A DNA stretch of 64,000 nt from Escherichia coli O127:H6 str. E2348/69 (GCF_000026545.1 NC_011601.1), one strand, 5' to 3'. Counted from the first letter of the stretch, positions 1 through 9,999 are shown. A program made the numbers and translations. Notes: generated from the sequence alone by a model not told the origin.

Positions 1-112
1 TTCCGGAAAGCTTTCAGCTTTGAGCCAGTTATTAAAACCCCTTTTGATTTGTTAAAACACCTTGCGGTCTGGCAACTGCAAGTGTCAAACAAGAAATCAA
101 AAGGGGGTCCCA

Positions 113-571
113 ATGGGGAACGAAAAGAGCTTAGCGCACACCCGATGGAACTGTAAATATCACATAGTATTTGCGCCAAAATACCGAAGACAGGTGTTCT
201 ACAGAGAGAAGCGTAGAGCAATAGGCTGTATTTTGAGAAAGCTGTGTGAGTGGAAAAGTGTACGGATTCTGGAAGCTGAATGCTGTGCAGATCATATCCA
301 TATGCTTGTGGAGATCCCGCCCAAAATGAGCGTATCCGGCTTTATGGGATATCTGAAAGGGAAAAGCAGTCTGATGCTTTACGAGCAGTTTGGTGATTTG
401 AAATTCAAGTACAGGAACAGGGAGTTCTGGTGCAGAGGGTATTACGTCGATACGGTGGGTAAGAACACGGCGAAGATACAGGATTACATAAAGCACCAGC
501 TTGAAGAGGATAAAATGGGAGAGCAGTTATCGATTCCCTATCCGGGCAGCCCGTTTACGGGCCGTAAGTAA
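113..571 (+). CDS. tnpA: IS200 transposase TnpA (Y1 HuH transposase), 152 aa
   Basis: Translation MGNEKSLAHTRWNCKYHIVFAPKYRR...HIHMLVEIPPK... closely matches Salmonella/E. coli IS200 TnpA as I recall it. The ATG at 113 gives the expected length. Confidence 0.9.
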   Translation: MGNEKSLAHTRWNCKYHIVFAPKYRRQVFYREKRRAIGCILRKLCEWKSVRILEAECCADHIHMLVEIPPKMSVSGFMGYLKGKSSLMLYEQFGDLKFKYRNREFWCRGYYVDTVGKNTAKIQDYIKHQLEEDKMGEQLSIPYPGSPFTGRK

Positions 572-652
572 CGAAGTTGGATGCAAATGTCAGATCGTGT
601 GCGCCTGTTAGGGCGCGGCTGGTAAGAGAGCCTTATAGGCGCATTTGAAAAA

Positions 653-671
653 CCTCCGGCTATGCCGGAGG
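653..671 (+). terminator. Perfect stem-loop (cctccggc-tat-gccggagg) downstream of tnpA, followed by an AT-rich tract; likely the IS200 3' structural hairpin
   Basis: 8-bp perfect inverted repeat with 3-nt loop read directly from the sequence. Confidence 0.45.
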
Positions 672-722
672 ATATTTATTGAATAATACTATTTCGACTG
701 AAATAACAGGTAAGGATACAAA

Positions 723-1151
723 ATGGGTTCATGGGGAATGGAGGCTCTCGAAAGCGACGAAGGGCTGGATTTGATTAATTGGGTAGAGGAACAACTGCAA
801 GATGATTCGACCTTTGATGCCGAGTCAATTGTTCAACGCTTAAGCCAGCATGAAGATTTGTTCGGATTTCAGGGAGATGAAGAATTTCTCTACGATAATA
901 ATGTTATCGGTCTCGTTGAACTTATCATTCAAAAAGCAGCCGGGAAAAAAATCACATCGAGTAAACAAATTGATCAACTCGACGGTTATCAGCTCACGTC
1001 GACTTTCAGCAAAAAACTCCAGGGCCGTTTACAAACAATCGACGACACACATGAGTGGATAATGCTTTTCGAGGGGCGAGCACGCGAAAAAGCAAAAGCA
1101 TATCTGATTGAGCTTACTGATAAATTAAGAGTAGTAAAGACAACAGCCTGA
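723..1151 (+). CDS. Small acidic hypothetical protein, 142 aa; N-terminus MGSWG resembles DUF4259-type proteins
   Basis: ORF with an AAGGA ribosome-binding site about 8 nt upstream and no homologue I can name with certainty. Family assignment is from memory of the MGxWG N-terminal signature. Confidence 0.55.
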   Translation: MGSWGMEALESDEGLDLINWVEEQLQDDSTFDAESIVQRLSQHEDLFGFQGDEEFLYDNNVIGLVELIIQKAAGKKITSSKQIDQLDGYQLTSTFSKKLQGRLQTIDDTHEWIMLFEGRAREKAKAYLIELTDKLRVVKTTA

Positions 1152-1242
1152 ATGACAAACAAGGGCGCGCAAAATTAAGAATCTGCGCCCTTTCAAAGCC
1201 CGACAGGCGTAGCGCATCAGGCGATTTAGCGTCTGCCATCAG

Positions 1243-1662
1243 TCAAAGAAACCATTCCGGCTTAACGCCAAATCGGGCTGAAAGTGCCTTAATGTGGGAT
1301 ATCGTCAGGGATCGTTGTCCAGATAAAATCTGACTGACCAGGGATTTAGAGCCGATTTCGTTCTTCAAATCCGCATAGGTCAGATTATGTTGATCAATCA
1401 GCGTACGAAGTAACGCCACGCCAACCGACATTGCTGCAACGGCTTTGTCGAACTCTGCAAACTTTTCGTTATTGTTTTCATATTCTGCAATGCGGCTCGC
1501 CAGAAAGTCGATAAGTGGATTGGTGTCATCTTCTTCAATCAAATATTCGACCAGTTCCAGTGCTTCACGATAATCATCTTCTGAGTCACTGCCTCCCAGA
1601 AAGGGGACTGCATTGACCAGTTCTCTTGTTGCTTTAACAGCGCGTGCAGCATTAGCAGTCAT
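1243..1662 (-). CDS. higA: HigA-family antitoxin (XRE-type HTH at C-terminus), 139 aa
   Basis: C-terminal GSKSLVSQILSGQRSLTISHIKALSARFGV matches the HigA/YgjM HTH. It overlaps the upstream toxin gene by 4 bp, the typical toxin-first higBA arrangement. Confidence 0.8.
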   Translation of the reverse strand: MTANAARAVKATRELVNAVPFLGGSDSEDDYREALELVEYLIEEDDTNPLIDFLASRIAEYENNNEKFAEFDKAVAAMSVGVALLRTLIDQHNLTYADLKNEIGSKSLVSQILSGQRSLTISHIKALSARFGVKPEWFL

Positions 1663-1970
1663 TCTTTGTTCTCTCTGTAGTAACGTGTCAGTTTGTCATA
1701 CTCTGCGTGATTCGTGATGTGCTTCACAAAGAACCGCTTATTAACAAAGTTTATGTAGGCAATAACCCTAAGATTGTTCCCGCCGACATCCAGAACGTAC
1801 CATTTGTTGCGATATTTAAAATTGTCGAGGTTGGGAAAAGCCGTTCGCATTTCTTCTGGCGTAGAAAAATCCGTTTCCTTAATAACCCGATACAATGAGT
1901 GTAGAGCCAGAGCGTCGTTAGGATATTTGCGCGCACACTCTTCAAATGGCGCTTTCGAAATGATGTGCAT
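1659..1970 (-). CDS. higB: HigB-family mRNA interferase toxin (RelE/ParE superfamily), 103 aa
   Basis: MHIISKAPFEECARKYP...FPNLDNFKYRNKWYVLDVGGNNLRVIAY... is similar to E. coli HigB (YgjN). The start was moved to the internal ATG, which has an AAGGAAG ribosome-binding site; the six-frame ORF is N-terminally extended. Confidence 0.8.
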   Translation of the reverse strand: MHIISKAPFEECARKYPNDALALHSLYRVIKETDFSTPEEMRTAFPNLDNFKYRNKWYVLDVGGNNLRVIAYINFVNKRFFVKHITNHAEYDKLTRYYRENKE

Positions 1971-2051
1971 TTTAACTTCCTTATTAGCGCCTGAATGACT
2001 AAACCTGGACAACCATTCCTTGGGATTTATTTTTCTATAGTAGTTGATCAC

Positions 2052-2080
2052 ACGGGTGTTCACAATATGTAAACACCCGT
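2052..2080. promoter_or_regulatory. Perfect 9-bp inverted repeat (acgggtgtt-N11-aacacccgt) upstream of higB; candidate HigA operator
   Basis: Palindrome read directly from the sequence, about 80 bp upstream of the higB start in the higBA promoter region. Confidence 0.35.
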
Positions 2081-2136
2081 CTACACGTCACAATAGCACG
2101 TCCAAATTCCAAAACGTGAACATGTTTGTCTACGAA

Positions 2137-2607
2137 CTACTCTTCTTCCGCCGCTAACTGCGCGAAGCCGCCATTTCCTTCCCAGCCTTCCAGCCGCTGA
2201 TACACCGTTTCCACCGCATCTTTAATCTGCTGAGTCATCGGGTAGTAAAAGCCGACGATATCCGGCTGGATGCCAAGGAAAATCACTTCGCCAATATCTT
2301 CTTTCAACTGGTCGATAAGATAGTTCAGCGGCATGTTATGGGTAGTCATCATAAACATCTCGGCGATGTCAGCCGGGTCGATGATGCGGATCTCGCTAGG
2401 GTTTAGCCCCATATCCGTGGCGTCGACAATAAGCAGCCGTGTCGGGCGCAGTTCGCGGATAGCGACAATGTCGTTTTCCGGTGCGCTACCGCCGTCAATC
2501 ACTACCCAGTTACCTTTCGGCGCGGCAGCGCACTTTTCCGCCAGTAGCGGGCCTGCGCCATCATCGCCCATCATGCTATTGCCAACACAGAGTAAAACGT
2601 CAGTCAC
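2137..2607 (-). CDS. hycI: Hydrogenase 3 maturation endopeptidase HycI
   Basis: 156-aa [28 protein letters not shown]... matches HycI; last gene of the hyc operon. Confidence 0.95.
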   Translation of the reverse strand: MTDVLLCVGNSMMGDDGAGPLLAEKCAAAPKGNWVVIDGGSAPENDIVAIRELRPTRLLIVDATDMGLNPSEIRIIDPADIAEMFMMTTHNMPLNYLIDQLKEDIGEVIFLGIQPDIVGFYYPMTQQIKDAVETVYQRLEGWEGNGGFAQLAAEEE

Positions 2608-3010
2608 GCAGTCTCCTCACCATCAAATAGATGGCGTTTTCCTGATGAATATCATGCAGCATACTTAACAGCATTGTACTCCATTCCTTCTGCTGCGAAG
2701 TTTGCGCTGCCCGGGCTTTATCGAATGCGTTGGCCAGCATCGGCACATGGTTAATGTCGATGACGATCTCACCATATTTCGGCACGCCTTCCATTTTGCG
2801 GCGGGCTTCGCTGCCCGCCTCCAGAGTGGCAATCCATGCCAGATATTCATCCCACGGGCAGGTAAGCGCCGCTTCCAGGCAATCGATAACCCCAAGGTGG
2901 TGACCAATCGCCAGACTGTAATAGACCACCTGCTGCGCCTCGGCGGGCGTGGCATCGTTCTCATCAATAAATTTACGGCTCAGTTGACTGAACACCACCT
3001 TTTCACTCAT
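2600..3010 (-). CDS. hycH: Formate hydrogenlyase maturation protein HycH
   Basis: 136-aa ORF in hyc operon order, overlapping hycI by 8 nt. Confidence 0.92.
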   Translation of the reverse strand: MSEKVVFSQLSRKFIDENDATPAEAQQVVYYSLAIGHHLGVIDCLEAALTCPWDEYLAWIATLEAGSEARRKMEGVPKYGEIVIDINHVPMLANAFDKARAAQTSQQKEWSTMLLSMLHDIHQENAIYLMVRRLRD

Positions 3011-3774
3011 CGGATACGCGCCTCTTCAACAACATGATTCAGATGGCTGACAATCTCGTTCAGACGCGGATCGTTTTCCGCTTCCAGCCAGCGTGCAACC
3101 TGTTCTTCGCCCTGCCCTAATTGCGTCAGGAAATCATCGGCAATCTGGCGACCATAACGATAACCCGCCAGACGACGCGCTTCACGGTCCACTTTCACAC
3201 GCAACGGTTGCACCATATCAGGATGTAGAATGTCTGCCGGCTGCTCATCTTGCTCACCCGGCCCACGGGCGTGGATTTTCTGCTCCAGCAGGCCGAGCGC
3301 CATCGCAAAGCCGTACAGCGTGGCGGCAGGCGTTGGCGGGCAGCCAGGGATATAAACATCCACTGGGACGATTTTATCCGTACCGCCCCACACGCAGTAG
3401 AGATCGTGGAAGATCCCGCCGCTGTTACCGCAGGCACCGTAGGAGATACAGATTTTCGGGTCCGGCGCGGACTGCCACGCACGCAGCGCAGGGGATCGCA
3501 TTGCACGGGTGACCGCGCCGGTAAACAGTAAAATATCCGCATGACGCGGTGACGGAACGACTTTAATGCCGAAGCGTTCTGCATCGAACAGCGGCGAAAG
3601 CGTGGCGAAAATTTCGATTTCGCAACCGTTACAGCCGCCGAAGTCCACGCGATAAACGTAGGCAGAACGTTTGATTTTTTTCAGTAACGACGCCTTCATG
3701 CTGGCGATGGATTCATCCACCGTCATCGGGACCGGAATGCCGTTGGCGTCACGGGGGCCTAATAAATTGCTCAT
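3007..3774 (-). CDS. hycG: Formate hydrogenlyase / hydrogenase 3 small subunit HycG
   Basis: 255-aa ORF with NuoB-like Cys motifs ([13 protein letters not shown]). Confidence 0.95.
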   Translation of the reverse strand: MSNLLGPRDANGIPVPMTVDESIASMKASLLKKIKRSAYVYRVDFGGCNGCEIEIFATLSPLFDAERFGIKVVPSPRHADILLFTGAVTRAMRSPALRAWQSAPDPKICISYGACGNSGGIFHDLYCVWGGTDKIVPVDVYIPGCPPTPAATLYGFAMALGLLEQKIHARGPGEQDEQPADILHPDMVQPLRVKVDREARRLAGYRYGRQIADDFLTQLGQGEEQVARWLEAENDPRLNEIVSHLNHVVEEARIR

Positions 3775-4316
3775 CAGATGGCCTCTTTCATATGGCGAGT
3801 CAGTTCAATACGGTCGGACGGCACCAGGCATTTCTGGCGCTTACATTCCGGGCAAGTCTCAAAGCTTTCGCGGTGGTTTTCCGCGCGGCTGTCGCCATTG
3901 TGCTTAAGCAGCGCAATGGCGTAGTCGATCTCTTTCTGGACGGCGAAAGGACGATTGCAGACGCGGCAGTTGCACAGCGCGAAGCGGGACTGTTGCAGGA
4001 AGTCTTCTTTCTTCCACACCGCCAGTTCGTATTCTTGCGACAGCTTAATCGCCACCGTCGGACAGACTTCTTCACAGCGTCCACAGAAGATGCAGCGCCC
4101 GAGATTGAACTGCCACGCCAGCTCTCCTGTGGCGAGGTCAGTTTCAACCGTTAAGGCATTTGACGGGCAGGCATTGACGCAGGCCGCACAGCCTATGCAC
4201 TGCTGCGGGTTCTGCTCTGGCTTACCACGGAAGTTTTTATCAACCGCAATCGGCTCCAGCGGATAAGACGAAGTCGCCGTGCCGGTTTTGATGACTTTTT
4301 TGATAAAGGTAAACAT
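3774..4316 (-). CDS. hycF: Formate hydrogenlyase 4Fe-4S ferredoxin subunit HycF
   Basis: 180-aa ORF with two CxxCxxCxxxCP motifs. Confidence 0.95.
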   Translation of the reverse strand: MFTFIKKVIKTGTATSSYPLEPIAVDKNFRGKPEQNPQQCIGCAACVNACPSNALTVETDLATGELAWQFNLGRCIFCGRCEEVCPTVAIKLSQEYELAVWKKEDFLQQSRFALCNCRVCNRPFAVQKEIDYAIALLKHNGDSRAENHRESFETCPECKRQKCLVPSDRIELTRHMKEAI

Positions 4317-4325
4317 GGCGATTCC

Positions 4326-6035
4326 TTATTTCAGCGGCGAGTTTTTACGCTCAATGCTGTAACGCTCGAGTTCTTTGTACGGCACCACTTTGCTCTTCTT
4401 CTTACGCACATCGACCACGGTCATGCGGTCGGTACAGGAGTAGCAAGGGTCCAGGCTACCGATAATCAACGGCGCATCGGAAACGGTGTTGCCGCGCAGC
4501 ATGTAGCGCAGGGTCGGCCAGTTCGCGTAGGTCGCCGCACGGCAGCGCCAGCGGTACAGCTTCTGGTTGTCGCCGGTCATGCTCCAGTGGATATCATCGC
4601 CGCGCGGCGCTTCGGCAAAGCCCAGCGCAAAGCGGTGCGGAATGTAGGTAAAGCCTTCCACCATCAGCGGGCCGCCCGGCAGGTTATCCAGACCGTAATC
4701 GATCATATTCAGCGCGGTATAGACTTCGTTGATACGCACTTTCAGACGGGAAATAACGTCGCAGCCCTGCTCGCTGTGGACTTCCATTGGCAGCAGGCCA
4801 TAACCAACAAACGGGTGATCGGCACGGGTATCACGGGCGTGACCGCTGGCACGAACCATCGGGCCAACGTTACTGAAGTCGCGAGCGATTTCCGGGTCCA
4901 GACGACCAATGCCGACGGTGCGTTGTTCCATGTTCGGTGTGCTCAGCAGCACATCCACCAGCTCCTGCACTTCACGACGCATCTGTTGTGCCAGCTGGCG
5001 GGTCTGGATCATGTCGTCTTTCAGCAGATCGCGACGAATCCCACCGATCAGGTTCAGGCCGTAGGTTTTACGCGCACCGGTAAGGATCTCTGCCATTTTC
5101 ATGGAGGTTTCACGCACGCGGAAGAACTGCATAAAGCCGGAGTCGAAGCCGGTAAAGTGACAGGCCAGGCCGAGGTTGAGCAGATGCGAGTGCAGGCGTT
5201 CTACCTCCAGCAGAATGGCGCGGATCATCTGCGCGCGTTCTGGCACCTGAATACCCATCGCGTTTTCCACCGAAGTGGTATAGGCGGTGCTGTGAGCAAA
5301 GCCGCAGATCCCGCACACACGGTCAGAGAGGAAGGTCACTTCGTTGTAACCCATACGGGTTTCCGCCAGTTTTTCCATGCCGCGATGGACGTAGAACAGG
5401 CGGTAGTCGGCGTCGATAATGTTTTCACCATCGACGAACAGACGGAAGTGACCCGGTTCGTCAGAAGTGACGTGCAGTGGACCAATCGGCACGACGTTGT
5501 TTTTCTTGTCGCCCAGTTCGTTGATGAACTCGTAGGTTTCAGCATCGGTAGTCGGTGCCGGACGCTGACGATAATCCATGCTGTCTTTACGCAGAGGATA
5601 AAGTTCATCCGGCCAGTCATCCGGCAGCACCAGACGACGTTCATCCGGCAGACCAACCGGAATCAAACCGTACATATCGCGCACTTCACGCTCGCCCCAC
5701 ACCGCCGCCGGAACGCGCGGCGTCACGGAAGGATACTCCGGTTTGTTGGCGTCAACTTCGACGCGAACCGTTACCCAACACTTGGTGCCCTTCTCCATCG
5801 ACAGCACGTAATAAACGGCGTAATGACCATTCAGTTTGCGTTCGTCGTTACCAAACAGCACCGACAGCCAACCCCCTTGTTTGTAGTAGAGAAACTCCAC
5901 CACTTCCGGCAGGTAGTTCACCTTCACGGTGACGGTTAGCTGATCTTTGGTCTGCCAGGCGTGGTCCAGCACGACGCCAGGAAATGCCTCATTCAGCGCG
6001 GCGAGATAATGTTGACCTAATTTTTCTTCAGACAT
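4326..6035 (-). CDS. hycE: Hydrogenase 3 large subunit HycE (569 aa)
   Basis: Translation MSEEKLGQHYLAAL... with NiFe-hydrogenase large-subunit motifs; start set at the conserved MSEEK. Confidence 0.95.
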   Translation of the reverse strand: MSEEKLGQHYLAALNEAFPGVVLDHAWQTKDQLTVTVKVNYLPEVVEFLYYKQGGWLSVLFGNDERKLNGHYAVYYVLSMEKGTKCWVTVRVEVDANKPEYPSVTPRVPAAVWGEREVRDMYGLIPVGLPDERRLVLPDDWPDELYPLRKDSMDYRQRPAPTTDAETYEFINELGDKKNNVVPIGPLHVTSDEPGHFRLFVDGENIIDADYRLFYVHRGMEKLAETRMGYNEVTFLSDRVCGICGFAHSTAYTTSVENAMGIQVPERAQMIRAILLEVERLHSHLLNLGLACHFTGFDSGFMQFFRVRETSMKMAEILTGARKTYGLNLIGGIRRDLLKDDMIQTRQLAQQMRREVQELVDVLLSTPNMEQRTVGIGRLDPEIARDFSNVGPMVRASGHARDTRADHPFVGYGLLPMEVHSEQGCDVISRLKVRINEVYTALNMIDYGLDNLPGGPLMVEGFTYIPHRFALGFAEAPRGDDIHWSMTGDNQKLYRWRCRAATYANWPTLRYMLRGNTVSDAPLIIGSLDPCYSCTDRMTVVDVRKKKSKVVPYKELERYSIERKNSPLK

Positions 6036-6052
6036 GCTCAAACTCTCTTTAA

Positions 6053-6976
6053 TCACGCCGCCAGCAAGGAGACGAACGCTAAAAATGCAAAGCCAAACCC
6101 GGCCCAGGTAATGCGCGGAGTAATATCAAGACGCAGACGGGCCATGCTGTTTTCGAACAGCGCGATAACCAGGACGCCAACCACCAGTTTGACGATGGCA
6201 ATCACCAGCGCCAGCAGCAGCCCACCGACGGTGAAGGTTTCCATTTGTCCCCACGGAATAAACACCCCGACGAACATCTGCAACACCACCAACTGTTTCA
6301 GGTTGATGCCCCATTTCATGACGCCAAAACCGCTGCCGCTGTACTCAGAGAGCGGACCTTCCTGCAACTCCTGCTCGGCTTCCGCCAGGTCGAACGGCAG
6401 TTTGCCCATTTCGATAAAAGTGGCGAACGCACAGGCACAAAGCGCCAGCACCAGCGGGATGCTCTGGCTCAGTGGCCAGTGATAAACGGTGTCGGTGATG
6501 TTGCTGATGTTGGTGGAACCGGCAACCTGTGCGGCGACCCACAGACCAAGCAGCAACATCGGTTCAACCAACACGCCAAGCATCGCTTCACGGCTCGCGC
6601 CGATAGCGGTAAACGGGCTACCAGTATCCAGACCAGAAATGGCAAAGAAGAAACGCGCGATGGCGAAGAGATACAGTAAGGTGATCAAATCGCCAAGTTG
6701 CGGCAGCGGAGAACCGACGGTCACCACCGGCAGCGCAGTGGCGATAGTCAGCATGACGCCCACCATCACATACGGCGTCAGGCGGAACACCCAGCCGGAG
6801 GCATCCGGGCCAACGCTCTGGCGGCCCAGCAGTTTGATAATGTCGCGATACTCCTGCAACACGCCCGGCCCGCGACGGTTATGCAGACGGGCACGCGCCA
6901 CACGGGTAATACCGGAGAGCAGCGGCGCAACGGCAAATAGCACCAGCGCCTGAATTAACGGATATAAAACACTCAT
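6053..6976 (-). CDS. hycD: Formate hydrogenlyase membrane subunit HycD
   Basis: 307-aa polytopic membrane protein (NuoH-like) in operon order. Confidence 0.95.
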   Translation of the reverse strand: MSVLYPLIQALVLFAVAPLLSGITRVARARLHNRRGPGVLQEYRDIIKLLGRQSVGPDASGWVFRLTPYVMVGVMLTIATALPVVTVGSPLPQLGDLITLLYLFAIARFFFAISGLDTGSPFTAIGASREAMLGVLVEPMLLLGLWVAAQVAGSTNISNITDTVYHWPLSQSIPLVLALCACAFATFIEMGKLPFDLAEAEQELQEGPLSEYSGSGFGVMKWGINLKQLVVLQMFVGVFIPWGQMETFTVGGLLLALVIAIVKLVVGVLVIALFENSMARLRLDITPRITWAGFGFAFLAFVSLLAA

Positions 6977-6978
6977 TC

Positions 6979-8805
6979 TCAGGCTCCTCGTGAAACAATA
7001 ATCACCACCAGCACCGCCAGTTCAACCAGCGCCATCCGGCAGAACAGCAACGCACTCCCCTCGCACTGCCAGCCCGGCACCAGCGACACCGGATTCAACC
7101 ATTTGCGTAGTTTCAGCACCGGCGCAAACGCCTGTTTCACCGGCATGGCAAAACCGTGAGCGGTAATCACCATTGATTTTTCATGATCGTAGCCGCACAC
7201 CCAGGCCGCGCCGCGGGAACGCGACGGCAAACGATCGCCTTTGCAAATCGCCATAATGATGAATGGCAGCAGCGGGCAGGCAATCAGCAGCAACGTGATC
7301 ATCGGTTGAGAAACGGTGGTGTTAGCAGGCTCCAGCGGCAGAGGTACAGCAGCAGAGAGCATCGGCAGTAGCCACGGCGCAGCAACACCGCCAATTACGC
7401 AGCAAATCGCCAGTGCCACTACGCTTACGCTCATCAGGAGCGGCGCACAGGTGGCGTTTTCGGTCTCTTTGGTACGCGGCGCGCCGAGGAAAGTAACGCC
7501 ATAAACTTTCGCCATACACATCACCGCCAGCGCACCGGTAATTGCCAGCCCCACGGCGAGCAGCGGCCCGAGAAGACGGGCAACAAACGCGCCACTATTG
7601 CTCAGTTTGAAGAAGGATTGATAGATAACCCATTCCCCGGCAAAACCGTTCAGCGGCGGCAGCGCAGCCATTGCCATCAGCCCGACTAACATGGCGATGG
7701 AGATAACCGGCATTTTCTTGCCAATACCACCGAGTTTTTCGATATCGCGATGACCGGTACGGAACCAGACGCTCCCCGCACCAAGGAACAGTACGCTCTT
7801 GAACAGGCTATGGTTAAGCAGATGGTACAGACCACCAACCAGACCAAGGGCAATCAGCGCCGGTTGTTCGAGCGCGATACCCGTTACGCCAGCGCCCAGC
7901 CCCAGCAGGATAATGCCGATATTCTCCAGGGTGTGGTAAGCCAGCAGACGTTGGATATTATGTTCCATCAACGCATACAGACCGCCGACGAATGCGGTGA
8001 TCATACCGAGCACCAGCAGCGCGATCCCCCACCACAGCGGTGCATTACCGCCCAGTAGTGACAGAGTTAAAATGCCCAGCAGGCCAATTTTCATGACTAC
8101 CGTGGAAAACAGCGCGGCAGCTGGCGCAGAGGCGTTGGCATGTGCCTGTGGCACCCAGCCGTGCAGCGGAATAATCCCGGCCAGCAGGCCAAAGCCAATC
8201 ACACCGAGCAGCCAGATATCGGAACCGAGCGGCAGCTGTTGCATACGCATATCCAGCAGGCGCAGATCCAGCGTGCCGTAACGCTGCCACAGCAGCCAGC
8301 AGGCAATCGCCAGCAGCAGAGTGCCAAGACGCCCCAGCGCAAACCACAGTTTGCCCTCTTTGCTGTTGCTGGTGAGGAACACCGCACACAGGGCCATGAT
8401 TTCGGCCATTACCACGAACATGCCGAGGTTGCTGGCGATGACGGCACAGACGGCGGCAGCCATCAACATATTGATCTGCAAGCCGTTGCATTTCACCTGC
8501 GCGTGGCGATGCCAGTCAATGTTGTAGAGGCTGACAAACAGACCGCATAGGCCGAGTGTAATCAGCCAAATCGCATTAAGCGGAGAGATTTGCACATCGT
8601 AGCTTACCAGCGACAGCGCACCGCTCACGCCAACCGCGCCAGTCAGCACAGTGAAGCCCGCGGCTGCCGTATACAGGCTACCCACCGCGCCGCCAATTCC
8701 GGCTATCCAGCCACTTAGCGCTTTTTGAAAAGAAAAGAGAAATGCCAGAACAGCGGCGGCGACAAACCACGCCACGCCGCTATTGATCAGGGAAATTGCG
8801 CTCAT
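6979..8805 (-). CDS. hycC: Formate hydrogenlyase membrane subunit HycC
   Basis: 608-aa NuoL/M-like antiporter-type membrane protein. Confidence 0.95.
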   Translation of the reverse strand: MSAISLINSGVAWFVAAAVLAFLFSFQKALSGWIAGIGGAVGSLYTAAAGFTVLTGAVGVSGALSLVSYDVQISPLNAIWLITLGLCGLFVSLYNIDWHRHAQVKCNGLQINMLMAAAVCAVIASNLGMFVVMAEIMALCAVFLTSNSKEGKLWFALGRLGTLLLAIACWLLWQRYGTLDLRLLDMRMQQLPLGSDIWLLGVIGFGLLAGIIPLHGWVPQAHANASAPAAALFSTVVMKIGLLGILTLSLLGGNAPLWWGIALLVLGMITAFVGGLYALMEHNIQRLLAYHTLENIGIILLGLGAGVTGIALEQPALIALGLVGGLYHLLNHSLFKSVLFLGAGSVWFRTGHRDIEKLGGIGKKMPVISIAMLVGLMAMAALPPLNGFAGEWVIYQSFFKLSNSGAFVARLLGPLLAVGLAITGALAVMCMAKVYGVTFLGAPRTKETENATCAPLLMSVSVVALAICCVIGGVAAPWLLPMLSAAVPLPLEPANTTVSQPMITLLLIACPLLPFIIMAICKGDRLPSRSRGAAWVCGYDHEKSMVITAHGFAMPVKQAFAPVLKLRKWLNPVSLVPGWQCEGSALLFCRMALVELAVLVVIIVSRGA

Positions 8806-9413
8806 TTAGCCTCTCCACTTTGAGCCTGCTGAAACAAGGTGAGATCGCCAAAGTCCGTGTTAAAAGTCAGCTCACGCTTACGTTTGCTGACGCGGGCGAT
8901 ATCGGTGTTATCCACCAGATGCAGGGCTTTAGTCGGGCACATCCGCACGCAGGCCGGACCTTGTTCATCAAAGCTACAAAGGTCACATTTGACGGCGATC
9001 GCGCGAATACCTGGCACCCAGTCAAGCAATGTGCTGACACGCGCCGGAGCAGGCGGTGCCGGTGGCGCTTTCGGGGTATTGGCGTTTGCCGGAATATCCA
9101 GCGGACGGCTGCCGGAAAATTCAATTGCGCCAAACGGGCAGGCGATACCACACAGTTTGCAGCTTACGCACAGACTTTCATTCAACTGCACAGCACCATC
9201 AACACGAGTGATGGCGTTAACCGGGCAGACCACCGCGCAGGGTGCATCTTCACAGTGATGACAGAGCTGCGGCGCAGATTCTTTTTCATTTAGCATCACT
9301 CGCAGGCGCGGCATTGATTGCAGGCCGTGCTGGCGATGCGTCTCTGAACAGGCAGCCTCACAAGTGTGGCAGCCGATACAGAGCGTGGAGTCAGCAATTA
9401 CAAAACGATTCAC
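8802..9413 (-). CDS. hycB: Formate hydrogenlyase Fe-S subunit HycB
   Basis: 203-aa ORF with four ferredoxin-type Cys clusters. Confidence 0.95.
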   Translation of the reverse strand: MNRFVIADSTLCIGCHTCEAACSETHRQHGLQSMPRLRVMLNEKESAPQLCHHCEDAPCAVVCPVNAITRVDGAVQLNESLCVSCKLCGIACPFGAIEFSGSRPLDIPANANTPKAPPAPPAPARVSTLLDWVPGIRAIAVKCDLCSFDEQGPACVRMCPTKALHLVDNTDIARVSKRKRELTFNTDFGDLTLFQQAQSGEAK

Positions 9414-9537
9414 CAGGCATTCCTCAGGTGATTGTCATTTTTGACGAAAACATGCCGATGAAATGTCATTTTCGACACTCATCGACACGCCCATCCCCAA
9501 ACAGGCGTAACGCCTGCAAAACGGGCAAAGCCTCAGC

Positions 9538-9999
9538 TCATGCTACCGGGCTTTGTCCCTTTACCAGTTGGCTTAAATTCACCGGCACATTGTTTTCAAT
9601 GGCGGTATATAAGCTGTCGTAAACGCCAGCGATTTTTTCGAGATAGTGTTCCAGAACTTGTTCGCGATCGCGGATGTTGACCTTGCCATCAATCATGCCG
9701 TCAATGCTCAACTGCGCCTGCGCAATCCGCTGTTTGTCTTCGCCATCTTTTGTTTCGACGTAATACTCGATGGTGTGGCTGTTAAAGCCATCCGCCAGGG
9801 TGACGTAAATGCGAAAATGTTCAAAAAGGACGAAACAGAGTTCTTTGTCCGGCGCGCAGCTCATGGCGTGATGCAGGCGCGCTTTCGATAACGTGATCCC
9901 CTGAACCAGCGAATTGCAGTAGATGTGCCACTGGTCCTGTAGGCGACGATGCCGCTGTGCGATGTAATCGGCTTTCTCGCTTATTTCCCAAATAGTCAT
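9538..9999 (-). CDS. hycA: Formate hydrogenlyase regulatory protein HycA
   Basis: 153-aa ORF; first gene of the hyc operon, divergent from hypA. Confidence 0.92.
   Translation of the reverse strand: MTIWEISEKADYIAQRHRRLQDQWHIYCNSLVQGITLSKARLHHAMSCAPDKELCFVLFEHFRIYVTLADGFNSHTIEYYVETKDGEDKQRIAQAQLSIDGMIDGKVNIRDREQVLEHYLEKIAGVYDSLYTAIENNVPVNLSQLVKGQSPVA

Larger units (their letters stand above)
1..690 (+). mobile_element. IS200-like insertion sequence (IS200/IS605 family); left end probably cut by the window edge, right end approximate
   Basis: Contains a 152-aa Y1 (HuH) transposase ORF and a perfect 8-bp stem-loop near the 3' side, as IS200 elements carry. Element boundaries were not determined precisely. 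Confidence 0.7.

Noticed and set aside
1200-1242. Possible REP element between the DUF4259-like ORF and higA
   Set aside because: Only a partial match (gcgcatcaggc) to the REP consensus without the dyad symmetry; too degenerate to call.
4587-5939. Long antisense ORF (450 aa, plus strand) inside hycE, and similar long antisense ORFs inside cysI (43538-44590), ygcU (52653-53579) and other genes
   Set aside because: They lie entirely opposite well-conserved genes, have low-complexity composition typical of shadow ORFs in GC-rich coding DNA, and have no ribosome-binding site or recognisable domains.
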